A stretch of DNA of 63,706 nucleotides, the filler included, from Hausera hauseri (lineage: Eukaryota): the NCBI GenBank assembly GCA_046269625.1. It is 8 parts of 8 records of this genome, joined end to end, with 100 filler letters (N's around TTAATTAATTAA, not from the genome) between each part and the next. Parts side by side here need not be neighbours in the genome. Positions count along the whole stretch, not along the records: positions 1 to 5,438 come from JBJURY010255069.1; positions 5,539 to 9,594 come from JBJURY010789757.1; positions 9,695 to 19,835 come from JBJURY010233295.1; 5 more parts are not named here. One strand, 5' to 3'. The notes below the pieces were generated by a model. That model was not told the origin of the DNA. It saw only the letters and a program-made list of their open reading frames with translations, and did not search any database. Each line of letters starts with the position of its first letter. Within the stretch, counting starts at the first letter, position 1. Below, piece by piece: positions 1 to 9,955 of the stretch. The translations under genes were made by a program, and so were the position numbers.

Positions 1-585
1 CGATTTTAAAACCAAAGGCGAATATACCACTGAGCATATTACAAAGCATTTCACGAACCTCATCACCGTGGCTATGATATGTAAACTTACCGAAGTTATG
101 AAAGGCACTGAACGATATTTTGTTCACTCTCGTTCCCGTTGGCGTTGTTTTTAAAATGGCGGTGTCTGCTCGGTTTTCTCACAAGGCGCAGAGCTCTCTA
201 ACGATCCCGTGCTCTACAGATGTTCTGGACCAAGGATTTAAAAAAAGGTCGGTGAATTTGATATATTTCCATTCCATACATTTATTCATGGGTCTTAGAT
301 TTCGTAATTTTTTTCATACATCTCAGCTCAACTGAACATATTTACTGTCGACGCTTTTTTAAATTTGCGGACAGTGAGTCGTTGGTTAACGAAATGCCAG
401 TTGATTCAATACTGGACAAATTGTTAGAAAGACATTCATCAAGATTACGGAAAACCAATGCCATACATATACCGAGCTGTAGTCACAGGACATCTTAGTG
501 CTTACCACCTTAATTAGGAAAATCGACTGTTGTATCAAAGGGATTTTTGATGCGACCGTACCGTACGCACCACACCGCACACCCG

Positions 586-822
586 ACTTATGCGACAATT
601 TCGTTTCACTTGTTTTATTATTTGAAAATAAACATACAAACTTACTACATTCATAATTTAGCAACAATTGGAAAATTGTCAGGCATACTACAACTACAAA
701 CAGCTTTCATTAATTTCCTTCTTAGCTTTAACGGACTTTTTCTTCAACAATGAGACATAATAAGTTACACCCACTTATCCTCGACACCCATACTCACCGT
801 ACGTTACCGTTTGCTAGGTGGA
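586..822 (+). pseudogene. Ubiquitin-like domain in frame with Gag (copy A), one internal stop at 751-753
   Basis: The frame of ORF 547..753 continues into ORF 811: ...ATIGKLSGILQLQTAFINFLLSFNGLFLQQ*DIISYTHLSSTPILTVRYRLLGG|SDPK. This resembles ubiquitin ...TIENVKAKIQ...RLIFAGKQL...STLHLVLRLRGG. Confidence 0.65.
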
Positions 823-1830
823 TCTGATCCAAAAACATTTTCTAAGGACCAACAAGATTTTACCGACATTCCCACTATAAATGTACCGTTAAATTCACCT
901 CTAACCCCGCCGTCTACTGTAAATCTACCTTGCGTAGAATATTTCGCCGACACGCAACATTCCAGCCGGACGTGGTTAGACTTTCATGCGGCTTGGTTGA
1001 AATCAAATAATATTGTCGACTCGTTCCTTAAAGCAAACAGTTTGCTAATACTTCTGCCTTCCAACATTAAGTCACAACTTTCCAACTTGTTGGAAATTTT
1101 CCAAAGCAGGGACCCATATAAAACACTTTTTAGCTCGGTACTAAAAATCACGAAATCAACTCTGTATAATATTATCCATAAATATTTTAAGGACAACACA
1201 ACTGGAAATCAGAAACCCTCAGAATTTTTACAAACATCTTTAACCCAATTAAACAAGTTAAGGGTAAATCAAACAAACAATGCCGATTTATTGCGTAGAT
1301 ATTTCCTTCAATCGGTACCGAAAGAAATACGCGCTTTACTAACCGTCGTTGAAGACATCGCTACGTTAGAAAAGTTAGCACAATTGGCTGAGAAAAGCTA
1401 TGAATTATTGAATACACACCATACTCCTATTGTCGCAGCCATATTACAACCGTCTATGACACCACCCAGTGCAGAAATCGTAGCGTTGAATAACCAAATA
1501 AACTCTCTCGGGGCTGCAAACACGGCAATACACCAAGCCATTTCTGCTTTAACGTCTAAACTGCACAATTTATCCATGCCGCGACGAGAACGATTCACAA
1601 CTAATTACAGCCGTGCTCCATCGAACAATTCGAGATCCGCTAGGTCCCCTACTCGACGTATGGTGTGCTATTATCACACTATATTCAAGGACCAATCCAA
1701 CAAATGTTGCTTAGGGTGTAAATTCTTTACACCCGCTTTTCAAAAATCTGACATTGTTTGTATTTACCATAATATGTTCAGCAATAAAGTTTGAAACTGC
1801 ATCAACTGTTGCACGTTTTCCAGTTGGCTT
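823..1830 (+). pseudogene. gag: Ty3/gypsy Gag with duplicated C-x2-H-x4-F...C...C knuckle
   Basis: ORF 811..1794 contains DPY, GNQKPSEFL, LLRRYFL..P..IRALL, CYYH...KCCLGC and a second CIYH motif. Homologous to copies B and C. Confidence 0.85.
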
Positions 1831-1959
1831 AACCAATTCCATCGTATTTCTTCCGACTCCCCAAATCCTTCTATCCAAAAAAACTGACGAAGCCGCCAGA
1901 TGTTTCGGCACATACTGGCAGAGTCAAACGTCTTCATTCTAATAGCCATACCTACGCTA

Positions 1960-4775
1960 CTTTCACATTAAAAGCCTCCTTAACATCCAAACCCAATCAA
2001 TCAATCAACTTCCTCATTGACTCAGGGGTTGCTGTTTCTTTGTTACCACCATCCATCTCACCATCTAACACCAAATTTTACACAGCTAACGGCCAAGCTT
2101 TACGTGTATTCGGTACAGCCAAGGTTTCATTCACATTGACACCACTCTCCGACGTTTTCAATTGGACCTTCATTGTCACCGACACACAATCTCCAATATT
2201 TGGGTCTGATATCATATTTTTCTACAACCTCCTTGTAGATTGGCGACAATGTCGGATCATTAAAAGCAGTTCAACAAATCCAACCTCCACCAATAACCAA
2301 CCGACCACGCAGTCTATTTCACCTATAAAATCCATATTAAAGAATCCATCAACCAATGTGAATAAAAGCCTTATTAAAACCAATATAAAATAGTCCTATG
2401 TTTCTGTTGAAGTCCGGTTTAGGCGGCCCGATTTCTACCGTTTCTCACACTAAGTCCAATAAAGCCACTGCCGTGACAATAACAGCCTTTACTACGCTTA
2501 GCCAAGAAATGCAACAATATTTAACCAAATTTTGTTTTTATACAATAAAAAAGACCCAGCATTTCGACCGGCTAACACGACGTTTCAGCATATCATCACA
2601 AAAAGTCCTATGTCCGTTAGGCAAAACTCCGTCCACTTTCACCACGCCGTCGACAGGCCGTCCAAGCGGTATTCTCTGCTCTCGAGCAAGCTTGCATTAT
2701 AAAACGCTCGAAATCACTGTGGTCATCACCACTCCACGTCATTCCAAAGAAAAATGGCGCATTCCGTTTATGCGGTAACTATCGACAGCTTAATAACGTC
2801 TCTACCATGGATGCTTATCTTCTACCTTTCATTAAGGATATATTACATTCTTTGCACAAAACCAGTATTTATTCAACCATAGGTCTTGAAAACGCCTATC
2901 ACCAAATACCGGTAGCTGCCGAAGACATTCAAAAAACGGCCATTATAACACCTTTTGGTCTTTTTGAATACCCATTCATGCCGTTCGGTTTAAAGAACGC
3001 AGCACAAACTTTTCAACGGCACATTGATTCAGTTCTTTCAGGTTTGTCATTCATATATACGTACATTGATGACATACTAGTCGCATCGGCATCGCCGAAA
3101 CAACACGAAGAACATCTCAGACTAGTTTTCCAACGTTTACACTACTACAATTTGCAAGTGAACTTTTCTGTGTTCCTTCTTCCAGAAAAAGGTCAATTTC
3201 CTTGGCCACGTCATCACAACTGACGGTCACAGTCCACAGCCTGATAGAATTCATCAGTTACGAAACATCGATTTACCAAAAATTATTACTGGCAGGAGTA
3301 GATTTCTTGGGACTTTACATTTTGTCCATAAATACGTTCCACACTGTAGCCAGTTAACTGCTCCTTTCGCTCAACTAGGAGCAGGGCCGAAGAAAAGCTC
3401 ATATATTGGACACTAGAACTAGTTAACCAGTTCAATGAACTCCGTGACAAGCTTAAATTGTCGAGATTCTAGCTTACCCAAAATCTGATGCTGGCCTTAT
3501 TTTAATAATCGACGCATCAACTAGAGCAGTGGGAGCGATTCTTCATCAAATATCCCAAGGTATAAATGAGCCGTTAGAATTCTTTTCACGTAAGCTCCAA
3601 CCACAAGAATGCCGTTATTCCACCTTCGTTAGAGAACTCCTGGCCATTGTTTTAGCTCTGAAACATTTTTCGCATTTACTGATCGCTCGTTCCTTTACCA
3701 TTCAAACGGACCACAAACCTCTCGTTTACGTAATGAACATGAAACAACTATCACTTCGACAAGAACGAATATCTTATACCTGTCAACATTCAACTTTACA
3801 ATTTGCCATATTTCTGTCACAGACAATTTAATAGCCGATTTCTTATCACGGTCAGTTGATGCAATTAACGTCACACCAATATTCTCAAAGGAACAGTTAA
3901 TCTAAAATTCACCTTCTCCTGAAATTCTGAGACAATACAAATCCATGCAAATCATCGATGGAATAGCCATGGACACTTCGACACCTGGGAAACGTTTACC
4001 AATTTTGGCACTTTCTATCCAACAAACTGCATTTCAACATGTTTATTCTTTGCATAATACAGGTTCCAAGGCTACATTCCGCCTCCTCAACCGTCATGTA
4101 ACATGGCCATCGATGAGATCTGACGTACAGGACTGGGTTAGACAATGTGTGGCTTGCCAAAAATTCAAAGTAGCTAAGCATCTCAAGCCACCATTATTTC
4201 ATTTTGCCTGCACGGCCCGTTTTGAATCTGTACATCTAGATATTGTTGGACGATTACCTTCCGAAAACGGCCACCAATTCATCCTAACAATGATGGACCG
4301 CGCGTCCCTTTGCACTCCATCAATATAGACTCCATAGCCGATGCATTCATAAGGATTTGGATTATCCGCTTCGGTTCTCCTCGCTATATAATTACAAATC
4401 AAGGTCCACAATTTGAATCGAACCTATTCAAGTCTTTAGTTAATAAACTGAGCACAAATCTATACACACAACTCCATATCACCCCAAGTCAAGAGGCTTA
4501 TTGGAACGCTTTCACCGCACACTTAAAATCTCCCTAAAAATTCTGACCGAAACTCATATGAACTGGACTACTATTCTTCCTTTCGTTCTACTCGGGTGGC
4601 GCAACACTCCCTCTACCACCACTGGTTGCGCACCCGCTGAAGCACTTTTTGGTACCACAATTCGTGCACTCTTTGAACTTACCGACTTAGATAACACGCC
4701 GACTGACAAAACTATCCGTTCCACACAAAATCATTTTGTTCAGTTAAGTCAGGACTCCTTCTGTAGAATAATACA
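1960..4775 (+). pseudogene. pol: pol remnant (PR-RT-RNase H-IN), frameshifted, integrase C-terminus deleted
   Basis: ORFs 2040..2393, 2807..3223, 3529..3831, 3945..4328, 4310..4537 and the 5' part of 4501..5178 carry consecutive Pol motifs. Confidence 0.93.
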
Positions 4776-4781
4776 TGTGAC

Positions 4782-4850
4782 TGTGGTGCCCACCGCGGCA
4801 AGTGCCCTTTGGCCAATTTGGCCGGGCACAGCCGGGCGTCCGTTGACGTC
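4782..4850 (+). repeat. 5' portion of family LTR (truncated 3' LTR of copy A)
   Basis: TGTGGTGCCCACCGCGGC...GGGCACAGCCGGGCGTCCG matches the copies at ~9955, 18583 and 48778 (minus strand). Confidence 0.8.
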
Positions 4851-5438
4851 AACAATCATGACCAATTTGGCCGAGTATTATCGAAAATATGACGAAAACC
4901 GTCTTTTCTATCATTTTTGTGGTGCGTCCAACAATAGTCACAGTGTGGAGAATATTATCAATCGATTAGGTAGACACATGGAGCGAAAATTGAACATGAA
5001 GTTACCGAAACAAGATGAAGGTAACAACAAAATGGAGCTAAAAGCACTATTGGTGGAAGGTGACTGTGCAGATATGATACTTATCATTGAAGGCATAGAC
5101 GAAATATCTGATGCCAATTTGGTCGCATACTTACCACACAAACTGCTCAAACTCGACTTCTCATTATGTCATGTGTAGCCAGTGATGAAGTACAAACTGC
5201 ATACAACAAACTAATGTCATCTGAAGTGAATATTACTGATCCTCCTGTTGAACCCATATCAGATGATGAGCTTACCCAAATAATCAATATGTATATGAAT
5301 AATTTTGGTAAACGGCTAGACAATCGACAAATAGGGATTCTTCATTCATTCGAGAACTTCTGCAATCCTCTGTGGACGATAACAGCATGTGAGGAACTGC
5401 GAGTACATGGCGATTATTCAACATTGACAACTGTTATT
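4851..5438 (+). pseudogene. NACHT/P-loop ATPase fragment (TEP1/NPHP3/TTC41-like), intron-less, frameshifted
   Basis: LFYHFCGAS, Walker-B-like ILIIEGIDEI, and NPLWTITACEELRVHGDY across ORFs 4501..5178 and 5166..5486. Confidence 0.7.
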
Positions 5439-5538
5439 NNNNNNNNNNNNNNNNNNNNNNNNNNNNNNNNNNNNNNNNNNNNTTAATTAATTAANNNNNN
5501 NNNNNNNNNNNNNNNNNNNNNNNNNNNNNNNNNNNNNN
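5439..5538. other. Artificial contig linker (same linker at 9595-9694, 19836-19935, 24183-24282, 47892-47991, 54948-55047, 59006-59105)
   Basis: Each is an identical 100-nt block of Ns around TTAATTAATTAA, which has stops in all six frames. Confidence 0.98.
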
Positions 5539-5764
5539 AAATTTGCTTTCCCGGATACAGTGACTGTTTATCCATTAGCCGATCAAAATTTGTTCTAATA
5601 TCTTCTAAAGTACCATTTTCACCAAATGCTCCCCACTCAGTATTGCTTATTACAAATTTTGCCTCTGGGGGAAGCTGATTTTTATCAAGTGTCAACACTT
5701 TTGAAGTTTCTTCTAAGTAACACGCATTGGATCCAGTACCAACAATGGGACCATTTGCACAATC
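5539..5764 (-). pseudogene. Hexokinase fragment at the 3' end of the chimeric ORF
   Basis: IVGTGSNACYLEE...NTEWGAFGENGTLEDIRTNFDRLMDKQSLYPGKQ is the animal hexokinase signature. Confidence 0.92.
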
Positions 5765-5804
5765 GGTAATCTTTGCATTGTGGTCCACAATTGCATCCAT
5801 ACTG

Positions 5805-6145
5805 GCCTGTGCACTCATATTCTGACGAAGATATTCTATCGTTTTGTCGTGTCTCTTAAGTTCGTGATCAATGAGCTTATTTTGCTCCGATTCTTCCTTT
5901 ATACTCAATAATTTTTGAGTCAAATCATCGTTCATTAAATCCGACTTGAATTGGTCATATAAGGTTTTCCGTTGTATCTTCATTTCGTCAATTTTGTCTA
6001 AAAGTCTCTTGCTTTCGTCCAGAGATGATTTAACGTCTCCATCATTGGACAGATGTTTTAGTGTCGGTAGACTTTCAACAAAACTATCAATGGGTTGATC
6101 CAATAATTTCAAGGATTGGAAAGTGGATGAAAATGCTTCTCGTAA
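5805..6145 (-). pseudogene. PTPN23/HD-PTP (ALIX-family) V-domain fragment inside the chimeric ORF
   Basis: LKLLDQPIDSFVESLP...KRLLDKIDEMKIQRKTLYDQF...DDLTQKL...LRQNMSAQ resembles the HD-PTP coiled-coil V domain. Confidence 0.75.
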
Positions 6146-6335
6146 CTGGACGTATTTTTTTACGCATTTATGATCATGTAGCACTTGGTAAACAAATACT
6201 TTGACGTTTTGGCACTTCTTGTTGCATTTGATGAGTCGAACTGGTTTTAAATCAGAGTCACATTTGCATTTGCGTTTTCGTACAACTTTATGAGCGTAGC
6301 ATTCACAATTTTGATGCTTCCACCTCAAAATCGAA
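6146..6335 (-). pseudogene. Cys/Lys-rich fragment of an unidentified protein inside the chimeric ORF
   Basis: Abrupt compositional switch to WKHQNCECYAHKVVRKRKCKCD...KCNKKCQ...HKCVKK. Confidence 0.5.
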
Positions 6336-6339
6336 ATGG

Positions 6340-8220
6340 ATTCAAGTCTCTTTTTACGTTTTTCTTCTCGTTTTGCAAGAATTTCAGCCTTTTTCCTTTG
6401 AGCTTCATCAGTTTGTAATTTTTCATTTTCCGATATCATAAAGGCAATCGGAGGTACAGGTGGACTGATATTAGCGCCGTCTTCATCTGTACTTGAGATA
6501 ACTAAGGAATTTGCAAGAACGTCACAATCATCTTCATTCTCCGACAATTCCTTGTTATTCACATCTATGAAATCTACTGATGGTATGACATGAACTTTAT
6601 TTTCAGCGATATTCAATTTATCATTAGCTGTTTCCATGGAGTTAGATATGACCATTATATCACTTTTGTTGTTAGCAAAATTTATATAATTAGTAACATT
6701 TTCATTTATTACATGATTCTCCAGAAATTCAACTTTCCGTTCAGTTTTGTTCACAGTATTCAAAACGTTAGATTGGTGTTGCTGTTCGTTGGTTGATTCA
6801 GAAAAAAAGGAATCTATAAGGTTCTTTGAGAAATCAGTTATTTCGGTCAATGATACCACATTATTTGTTGGATTTTCAGCAACAGATGCATTCTCTAAAG
6901 GCGTATGACTTTCGATTTTAGTAAAGTCTTTTAGATTTGTACTTAAGGTCAAATCTTTACTTGGGGAATTTTTCATAATATGACGAGATAAAGATGACTG
7001 CTGTTGACTCAGAAGTCGAATTTCCTCTTGAAGTGAAGTTAAACTTTTGTTCAAAAAATCCATTGATTTCTTATAATCCTCTTGGTTGACTTGGTTTTTA
7101 TCAGAACTGGTAATGCTGGCACTTGAAAGACTAGATATGGAAGGTGAACTATTCTTTCTTGATTCAAATGATTCTCCAGGTAGCACTGGTTCTATATTTA
7201 TATTTGAGAAAACATTGTCTGAATTACTATTGTTAACCATGACATTGTTGGACAAACCATTCTCTGTATGACTATTTATATCAAACATATTTTGAGCATC
7301 ATTGAAGCATTCATTTTTAATTTGTACAGGTGTCAGTGCTACCTCATTTTCTCTTATGGACTCTGGAAGCTCCATTCCATTTCTATCAGAACAAAACTGA
7401 ATGTCTGGTAGCTCCGCATTTTTATGAATTATTTCTTGTGACATCTCGTTAGTTTCAATTATTCGTTTAAACGGATGAAAACCATCGTCTACTGATGGTG
7501 ACGTTTTCAATTTTGGTTCATCGCTTTTTTCACTTTTAGTTACTACCATCGATAGCCGTTTGCTCGAATGGTTAACGTCGTTCTCATTCCCATTGAATTC
7601 CAAAGACCTTCGACGAAGTGTATCAATTTTCTTATTAACAACTTGGAAAAATGCTTTTTGTTTATTATTTTCTAAAGTCTTTTCTGACTCTTCCACTGTT
7701 TTCCTTTTGTTGTTTTGAATCTTCTGTCGGCTTAAACCAAACTGTATTTTCAAATCATTCATTTGGCCTTTGGTAAGACTTTGAACATCCACTTGATTAG
7801 AACTGTTAAACCTAGCCGCTTTTGTAGGTGTCAAGGGAATCGACACAACATCATTTTTATTCTTTTGAGACAGCCATGTAGTTTCATTACTATTAACAAT
7901 GGTTACTTTTGGTCTTTGTTTAGTAGCATTCTGTTGTTTCTGCTGTTGTTTTTTCTGGAACTCTGACTTGAGGCTAATTGTCATAACCCCTGGACTGATT
8001 TCATGATTAACATGAGGAAGTCTGTAAGTCATATTTAAATGTCTAGGCAAAAGATTTGAGGTAGGTGTGGATACCAAAAAAGACTCGGCGGTTCTTCATC
8101 TGTAGGTGTAAGAAATATTTCAGGAGATGTGTCGCCATCACCGCTTGGCTTCAGATCTAATGTTGGCTTAAACGACGTTCCATCGTTGTTTAAATGCTCG
8201 TTAAAACTCCTGTCAAACAA
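6340..8220 (-). pseudogene. CAMSAP/patronin central fragment (coiled coils), frameshift near 8077
   Basis: CC1-like LKIQFGLSRQKIQNNKRK...KQKAFFQVVNKK, CC2-like DYKKSMDFLNKSLTSLQEEIRLLSQQQ, and FMISENEK...KKAEILAKR. Confidence 0.75.
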
Positions 8221-8419
8221 GTAAAAACGCTTTGGAATCGTTGGAGTTATTTGAGATATCGGAAACTCTGCGATTCTGATGATATTCTTTGTTGGTTTCG
8301 TTATGATTTTTTAACAGACTGGATTTCACTCTTCAAAAGATTCTCCAACGACGAGAATTTCTCGCTCAATCGCAACAAATTGTCGACGAATTTGTCGATA
8401 TTGGAGGAATCCTTCAGAT

Positions 8420-9170
8420 TTGGTGCCACGGAAAACAATGTAAATTCCCGTCGGAGCGCTTCATCTTCTCGTCCGTTTTCTCGTAACAGTTCGACAAGTG
8501 TCGACAGGATTTCTTTGTCGCTTGTGCGATTGTACGCCAACTTGGCCACTTCAATGGACATTGGCAAACCGTTGACTTGTTTAGCAAACTCGATACAATG
8601 AAATCATTAGTCGCGTCCTTTCGAGTCACAATGTACAGCAGTTACAAACGTCGTTAATGCATCTTTGAATTTACCTTGATGTTCACAGACTTGACCAAGA
8701 ATTTGATAAGCACTGGAATGTTGTGGATTTTCACGCAAAATCATATCGGCTAATTCTTGAGCCTTATCGAAATTGTTCGTCCACAAATAATTCTGCGCCG
8801 ATCCATAAAAACATATTTCATCCTTGTTTTTCGCTATTTGCAAGTCTTTCTTTGATCGTCATCAATGTCTAACAGTTTTGTTGGAAAAACGATTTCGTCA
8901 CTGAAATCAGAGATTTTTCAATTCTTCGAATTTCGTCATTTCAGCTAGAAACGATTCACCATGAACTGATCCGTTACATGAGTGATCTTCGGCAAAAGAC
9001 TTGTTCGAAGTTTTATGGTGCAATATATATGACTTATCTGAGGTTTTAAAATCCATTTCAGACTGATCAGATTCTTCGGATTCTGATTCAGTTTCTCCAG
9101 TAAAATTCAGGTCCTCATCAGAGTCGTCATTGTCTTCGTCATAATAGGAGTCTTTCTAAAAACTGCCATG
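8420..9170 (-). pseudogene. Acidic N-terminus plus TPR fragment (TFIIIC subunit 3-like), disrupted
   Basis: ORF 8607..8843 has TPR helices (ILRENPQHSSAYQILGQVCEHQGKFKDAL) and there is a D/E/S-rich upstream segment. Stops and frameshifts are present. Confidence 0.5.
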
Positions 9171-9710
9171 TTTTATGTAATAATCTTTTACAAAGTTCTT
9201 TTGATAATCTGGATTTAATTTCTGATTTATCGTTAACCACATCCGTATCTGGATTGTCCATTTTTATGAAAATTTACTCGAAATATAATCAAATCACAGA
9301 AACAATGTCAGTAATGTTTCTGTCTGACACCAATTTATTAAGTGAACTGTTTGATAAATATCCACTTATACAGTAGAAATTTCAAAATGAGCAATCAATT
9401 CAATTTTAAAAATAAAAAGATGATCGGATTAATTCCAATTGTAGAGAATAAAAGAAATTTCAATAGATTTCCAAATAAATAGAGCACATATTCTAAAAAA
9501 TAAGATCCGACAATCTAAAAGGAAAAGAACTGATAAAATTGTATTCAAATTAAATTACAAGTTGTCCCTCAAAACATTTAAATTATTTAAACAANNNNNN
9601 NNNNNNNNNNNNNNNNNNNNNNNNNNNNNNNNNNNNNNTTAATTAATTAANNNNNNNNNNNNNNNNNNNNNNNNNNNNNNNNNNNNNNNNNNNNAGTGAA
9701 CTATAATTAT

Positions 9711-9955
9711 TGTAGTTACCAAGATTATTGAAAGTATTTGATGGAAAGCTACATGAGTTTGTTATTTCGTTATTTTTTTTTGAAATTGTTAAGTGAATTA
9801 TGCTTCTGATTTGAGGATAATTTTCTCTTCTAATTCGACGGATTAAATTCTTAAGGGCGAAGAGTCGGACCTGGTTATTGATCTGACGCGGCGATAGCGG
9901 ACGCCCGGCTGTGCCCAATTAAATGGACCAAAAGGCACCGGCCGCGATGGGCAAC
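9711..9955 (-). repeat. 3' LTR of copy B (distal end uncertain)
   Basis: TGCCCATCGCGGCCGGTGCC...GGGCACAGCCGGGCGTCCG...GATCAATA matches the other LTR copies. Confidence 0.7.

Larger units (their letters stand above)
545..4850 (+). mobile_element. Decayed Ty3/gypsy LTR retrotransposon, copy A (Ubl-gag, PR, RT, RNase H, IN, partial 3' LTR)
   Basis: Domain order is gag, PR (FLIDSG), RT (AYHQIP, MPFGLKNAAQTFQR, YIDDILV), RNase H (IDAS, RELLAI, TDHKPL), IN (C-x2-C, HLDIVG, ERFHRTLK). Many frameshifts and stops. Confidence 0.93.

Noticed and set aside
4782-4850. GC-rich repeated motif as a ribozyme or CRISPR-like repeat
   Set aside because: Its position after the PPT with TG...CA ends identifies it as an LTR. 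It is not arrayed with spacers and no CUGANGA/GAAA core was found.
5439-5538. Repeated TTAATTAATTAA palindromes within N-runs
   Set aside because: They are synthetic linkers. ORFs running into them and adjacency across them carry no biological meaning.
5483-8077. 864-aa ORF as a genuine single gene (for example a hexokinase with a long N-terminus)
   Set aside because: It consists of partial domains from unrelated proteins, with a frameshift at its 5' end. It is treated as a chimera.
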